This document shows positions 59,977-64,000 of a stretch of 64,000 bases of DNA, piece after piece. The DNA lies in the NCBI RefSeq assembly GCF_000143415.4, contig NW_003314277.1, forward strand, positions 1,213,139 to 1,277,138. The letters run 5' to 3'. Position numbers and translations under genes: made by a program. Positions within the stretch are counted from its first letter, which is position 1, and each line of letters begins with the position of its first letter. The notes under the pieces were generated by a model, which saw only the letters and a program-made list of their open reading frames with translations, did no database searches and had not been told where the DNA came from. This DNA is from Selaginella moellendorffii (lineage: Eukaryota > Plantae > Lycopodiophyta).

Positions 59977-61978
59977 GATGGCATGTATTTATTTAAAAAT
60001 GTAACTTATTATGGCATGGGGTTCCATGCCATTGTATTAATATTAAAAGACAATTCTTTGAGAGGATTTGCATTATACTAGAAGTGTTGCAGCATGTTAT
60101 TGGAAGTCTACGAAGTTGTTTTATTAATAAGGGGAAAGTAAAGATTGAATGGGGACTTGGGCTCCACCTAGACTCGGAGCAACTGAGCCAATATTAAAAG
60201 GATGGAAAGAAATTGGATGACGATGACAAGGAGAAGAGAGAGGTGAAGCAGTGGCAGGGGGAGGAGAAGTGATTGAGTAGACATTTCCTTGTTTAAAATA
60301 AAATGGCATGTGCCTCAATGCAGTTGAATTTTGTTATATTTATATACTATATAAAGGTTTGGAAACCTTATTTTACAAGTGGGATAATGACAATTCCCAC
60401 TTTAACGAAATAGAGCTTCATCCCAATCTAAATGTTGAAAGTTCACGTATTTCGCAATCATCCCTTTGAATGTTTGAACAAACCATTCTACCAAACCATC
60501 TGACTATGGATGATAAGCACTTGTGAAAGTGTGGTGTATCCCAACTGAGACGTCAAAACATAAAATGCCTCAACCATAAATGGGACAGACTATTATCGGA
60601 AAGAATCCACTCTGGACAAGATTGTTGGAACACCACTCAATTGAGGAGGAAGTATCCAGCAACAATTGTAGAGGTAATAGCAAAAGCATCAACTTCCACC
60701 CAATAAGTCAAATAGTCAGAAGCAACAATAACATACTCATTGCCAGTAGTCGATCATGGAAAAGGTCCCATAAGATCAAACGCCATCAACTTAAATGGAC
60801 GGGAAACTGCAATTGACTCCAACCATCCTTCTGCAGTACAAAGGGGAGTATTACAAGTTTGGCACCAAACACAACTATGCAATATCACGTCGTATCTCCG
60901 GCTAATAGAAATACTTGTGCAACTTCTCAGTCATATGATAATGTCCTATATGCCCACGTAGAACAGGAGAATCATGGTAGGCATGGATAAACCATGGAAT
61001 AAAGATTGAAGGCACAACCAGCCATAAATGATTATTAAGATCCATCCCCACAAAATAAAGAAGGTCATCTTCAAGGCTATATTGAGAATGTAAATGCCAA
61101 AATGACAAATTATCAACAAGTGATGCAGAATTCTTAAACTCATCTTGAAACTTTTAAATCCATAGCTCAATCTTTTGAGCCTCGCGAACCTCATCAAGAG
61201 AAGGTAAATCTTGTTTTGCACCTTGTGGACATTGAACATCAAATACAGCAACTTTTGATGGCACAAAATCCTCATCTAGAAAATCCATAAATGCTAGAAC
61301 AATAGGCTCGTTAGAAATATGAGAAGAGAGCAAACAAAGAAGAGGATCTCGAAAAAGGGCATTAACATCAGCCATAGAACCCCCCGAGCGATGAACAACA
61401 TCAAAATCATATATCTGAAGCTTTAAAGCCCACTGAGCAGTACGACCAACAAGGTTCTTTCTCTTAAATAATGAAGTAATGTTAGCATGATCACCTTTTA
61501 GTAACATTTAAGAACCATGTAAATATGCATGAAGTTTCTCGAAACCCCAAACTACTGCTAAATATTCCTTCTTTGTCATGAAGTAGTTCGCCTCCACTGT
61601 ATCCATGAACGCTCACTCACAGTCTACAGATCAAATGAAAGATAACATTGATGACTTCAACAACACTCACAACGGTGCAGTGCGATAAAAAAGATGATCC
61701 ACAAAACAACTGAAATACTACATCTTGCCCAAAAAGCGTTGTACATCATTCACACACTTTGGAGTAGGGAACTTTAGAACAGCCACAAGTTTGTCAGGAT
61801 CAATTTGCAAACCCTTACAAGAAATACGGTACTTAAGATAAATCATGTCTTTGGACCTAAACACACACTTTGACTGCTTCAACTTTAAACCAACTTCCCA
61901 TAGCCAATCCAACACTTTACAAATATCACAGACGTGTTCCTCCCATGTCCCCTCTGTGTGGATTAAGACATCATCAAT

Positions 61979-62803
61979 TATCGCGAATGTGACTTCGGGT
62001 ATCGAAAGTTACCTGTCGGCTAGTCCTTTTAGATATTCTTTCCTTATTGCCATGACGGCAGGAGGTTAGTATTGTTGGACCCTTTATTAGTCTTTGCCTA
62101 AGGTAGTTGAGAAATTGGTCATCACATGTGCACTTAGACTACAAGGGCACTAAGGAAGGAAATCCTAAGTTATCATTTGTCAAGCAGACTTGACATGGTG
62201 ATGAGAAACTCATGATGTTGACTTGCACTTGCTAGTGTTGGGAACCCCCGCAATATTAAGCTTGGTCCCTCAAATATTCGCTAGATGATAGCTTACCGTG
62301 TCTGTCAAACACCCTCACTATCATGCCCTTTGTGTTAGTCTCATTTAGTCCTAAATACTATTTATGGAAAGTGTTTAGATTTGCTCATTTGGCATATCTA
62401 CGAAATATAAAGATTGCCCTGAATACAATGTAGAGATTGCCTTGAGCACCAAACTCTATTTGGCTTCGTTGTGCGTGCTGGTTTTAGCATTGGGATGCTG
62501 GTTACTCTAGGATTGATCCAAGTTGCTTCATGCTCCTGTCCCTTAGCTCCTTGGGCTGTATGCTCGGGAGTCATTCCGTACTCTAGTGCCATTGCTCCTT
62601 GGCTCCGTGTGTGAGATTTTGGCACCATTCTTTCATTCAGTGGCCCAAGGCCTTGAAACTTGGGTTCCACACCACTGTCTTTTAGACACATGGTATGTGA
62701 CACGTGGCATATGACATGTGGCACATGGAGGGTTAAGTTCCACTTTGTGGTTATCCTATGGTAAATCACCATAGGATAAAGGGTTAAAACCACGTGCGCT
62801 ACA
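61979..62803. mobile_element. Solo LTR (825 bp, internally deleted), same family as 26242-27390
   Basis: Same terminal sequences (TATCGCGAATGTGACTTCGGG...GTGCGCTACA); TSD TCAAT at 61974-61978 and 62804-62808. Confidence 0.88.
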
Positions 62804-62949
62804 TCAATGAAGTCAACAGTCACTTCTAACATATTGTAAAGAACCTTATCTATAATTTACTGGAAAATTGCTAGAGCATTGTTCAAACCAAACAGCATCA
62901 CCAAGAACTTATACAAATTAAACAGTGTACCAAAAATAGTCTTAGGAAT

Positions 62950-63164
62950 TGTCATGAATGTAACTTTGCCATAACTAGCTTTAGCCAGCTTCACAAATAG
63001 TTTTAATGATTCACAAAGTAAGTTCTTTAAGCTTGTTGCATTTTCCCTTTCCTGTCACCATCAGTAAACCATGAATTCAATGGTATTATGCAGCCTCATG
63101 TCAACCTTAGCTTTCCAAAAACCATGTCTATGCAGGTGTAGAACAGTTTGTGCAACTTGGTAAG
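62950..63164 (-). pseudogene. Kinase fragment paralogous to ~16920-17135
   Basis: Shared TTAGCCAGCTTCACAAA.AGTTTTAATGATTCACAAAGTAAGTT and CCAAAAACCATGTCTATGCA.GTGTAGAACAG. Confidence 0.75.
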
Positions 63165-63724
63165 TGTAGCGCATATGATCATGAAATGAGATTTGGATAT
63201 ACTGTCACTGTGGATCTTTGGAACCTTGGGGGATAAATGAGGATAAAATAACCACTAAGGGCTCTCTCATCAAGCAATTGCCCCTTTTTTAGTTAGCTTA
63301 AAGGGAGAGAGATAGAGTGTGTTACACGTGGTATTGGAGCAAATGCCACGGTTCGATTCCCATTGATTAGTGGCTACTTAAAAATATAATATACCCTTGA
63401 GCAAGGTATATTCCTACCCTTAAATTTAAAATCATATGTAATAGGCATCTATATGTACGTCCTTCCTCTTGGTGGAGCATCCATGGACGAAGGTATCCAC
63501 CATAAAGTTGCCGTACGGGTGGATGACTAATTGCCTCATATGGAATAACTAATTTACATAATAGAAGGATTGGTAGATTTAGTGCGGAAATGGAGGTGTT
63601 AGTTCCCTTTGGCTCAATAAGGGTTGTTAGTCAATAGTCAATGAGGACATTGACATTTCTAAAAAAGAGGGTGAGTGTAGTGCATGTGATCATAGGATGA
63701 GATTTGGATATACTGTCATCGTGG
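63165..63724 (+). mobile_element. TRIM-like miniature LTR element (3' LTR interrupted)
   Basis: 5' LTR 63165-63326 (TG..CA); PBS TGGTATTGGAGC at 63329-63340; ~320-bp non-coding interior; PPT 63661-63675; 3' LTR starts at 63676 and matches the first ~48 bp of the 5' LTR. Confidence 0.78.
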
Positions 63725-64000
63725 TGTGAAACAGAAATCCCAAAGCCTCAAAAAGTAGACCTGAAAAGGTGCCACATGGTAGTGGCTGAAGCGAAAGCCA
63801 AATGGAAGTAACATATTTGGACTAAAAGCTATGACTTGGACAGTCGAGAGTGAGAGTGGAACTCTCAACAAAGGGATGGAGTTCGAGATGGAGTTCAAGA
63901 TAAATCCGAGATGGAGTTCGAGATGAACCCGAGATAGAGTCTGAGATGGAGTCCGAGATGGACCCGAGATGGAATTCCAGATGGAGTCCGAGTCCGAATA
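63725..64000 (+). mobile_element. Start of an LTR related to the 28299 family, inserted in the TRIM 3' LTR
   Basis: TGTGAAACAGAAATCCC...GCCACATGGTAGTGGC.GAAGCGA.AGCCAAA and GAGTCCGAGATG repeats. Confidence 0.8.

Larger units (their letters stand above)
47749..60418 (-). mobile_element. 12,670-bp cut-and-paste DNA transposon, Sola-like
   Basis: Perfect 24-bp TIRs AAGCTCTATTTCGTTAAAGTGGGA (47749-47772 / 60395-60418); 4-bp TSD CATC (47745-47748 / 60419-60422); removing it restores the Gypsy integrase sequence AATAACCATCCCAATC seen in copy A; DDD transposase inside. Superfamily inferred from the 4-bp TSD and motifs. Confidence 0.88.
47061..62949 (-). mobile_element. Ty3/Gypsy copy C, highly decayed, interrupted by the DNA transposon and a solo LTR
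   Basis: LTR ~47061-47218; integrase remnants 47219-47748 and 60419-61150; RH/RT remnants 61150-61978 and 62804-62949; homologous to copy A. Confidence 0.85.

Noticed and set aside
47975-60324. The 22-bp palindromes as CRISPR repeats or MITE insertions
   Set aside because: Irregular spacing of ~57 bp to >1.5 kb, no TSDs, and some are embedded in-frame in coding exons

Overview
Eukaryotic plant genomic DNA. Compact genes, ~50-nt introns and a PLS-class PPR gene suggest a lycophyte such as Selaginella (inference). 1-14.6 kb is gene-dense: two 8-Cys LTP-like genes, a PLS/E PPR gene head-to-head with SHOC1, NOT4, a ZNF474-like C2HC zinc-finger gene and two tandem ML/NPC2 genes. 15-24.4 kb is a cluster of kinase genes carrying an MLKL/HeLo-like helical domain, including one intact intronless C2-helical-kinase gene. 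24.4-64 kb is a nest of transposons: three decayed Ty3/Gypsy copies, two solo LTRs, a 7.7-kb non-coding LTR element whose RNA is a chain of stem-loops, a TRIM-like element, and an inverted P450 duplication flanking sugar-transporter/glycosyltransferase pseudogenes. The most striking feature is a 12.67-kb Sola-like DNA transposon (24-bp TIRs, 4-bp TSD). It carries a DDD transposase, a divergent cargo gene (ParB/Srx-like domain plus FCP1-like HAD phosphatase) and about 20 dispersed copies of a 22-bp palindrome, ATGGCRTG-N6-CAYGCCAT. All calls are from reading the sequence; no searches were run.
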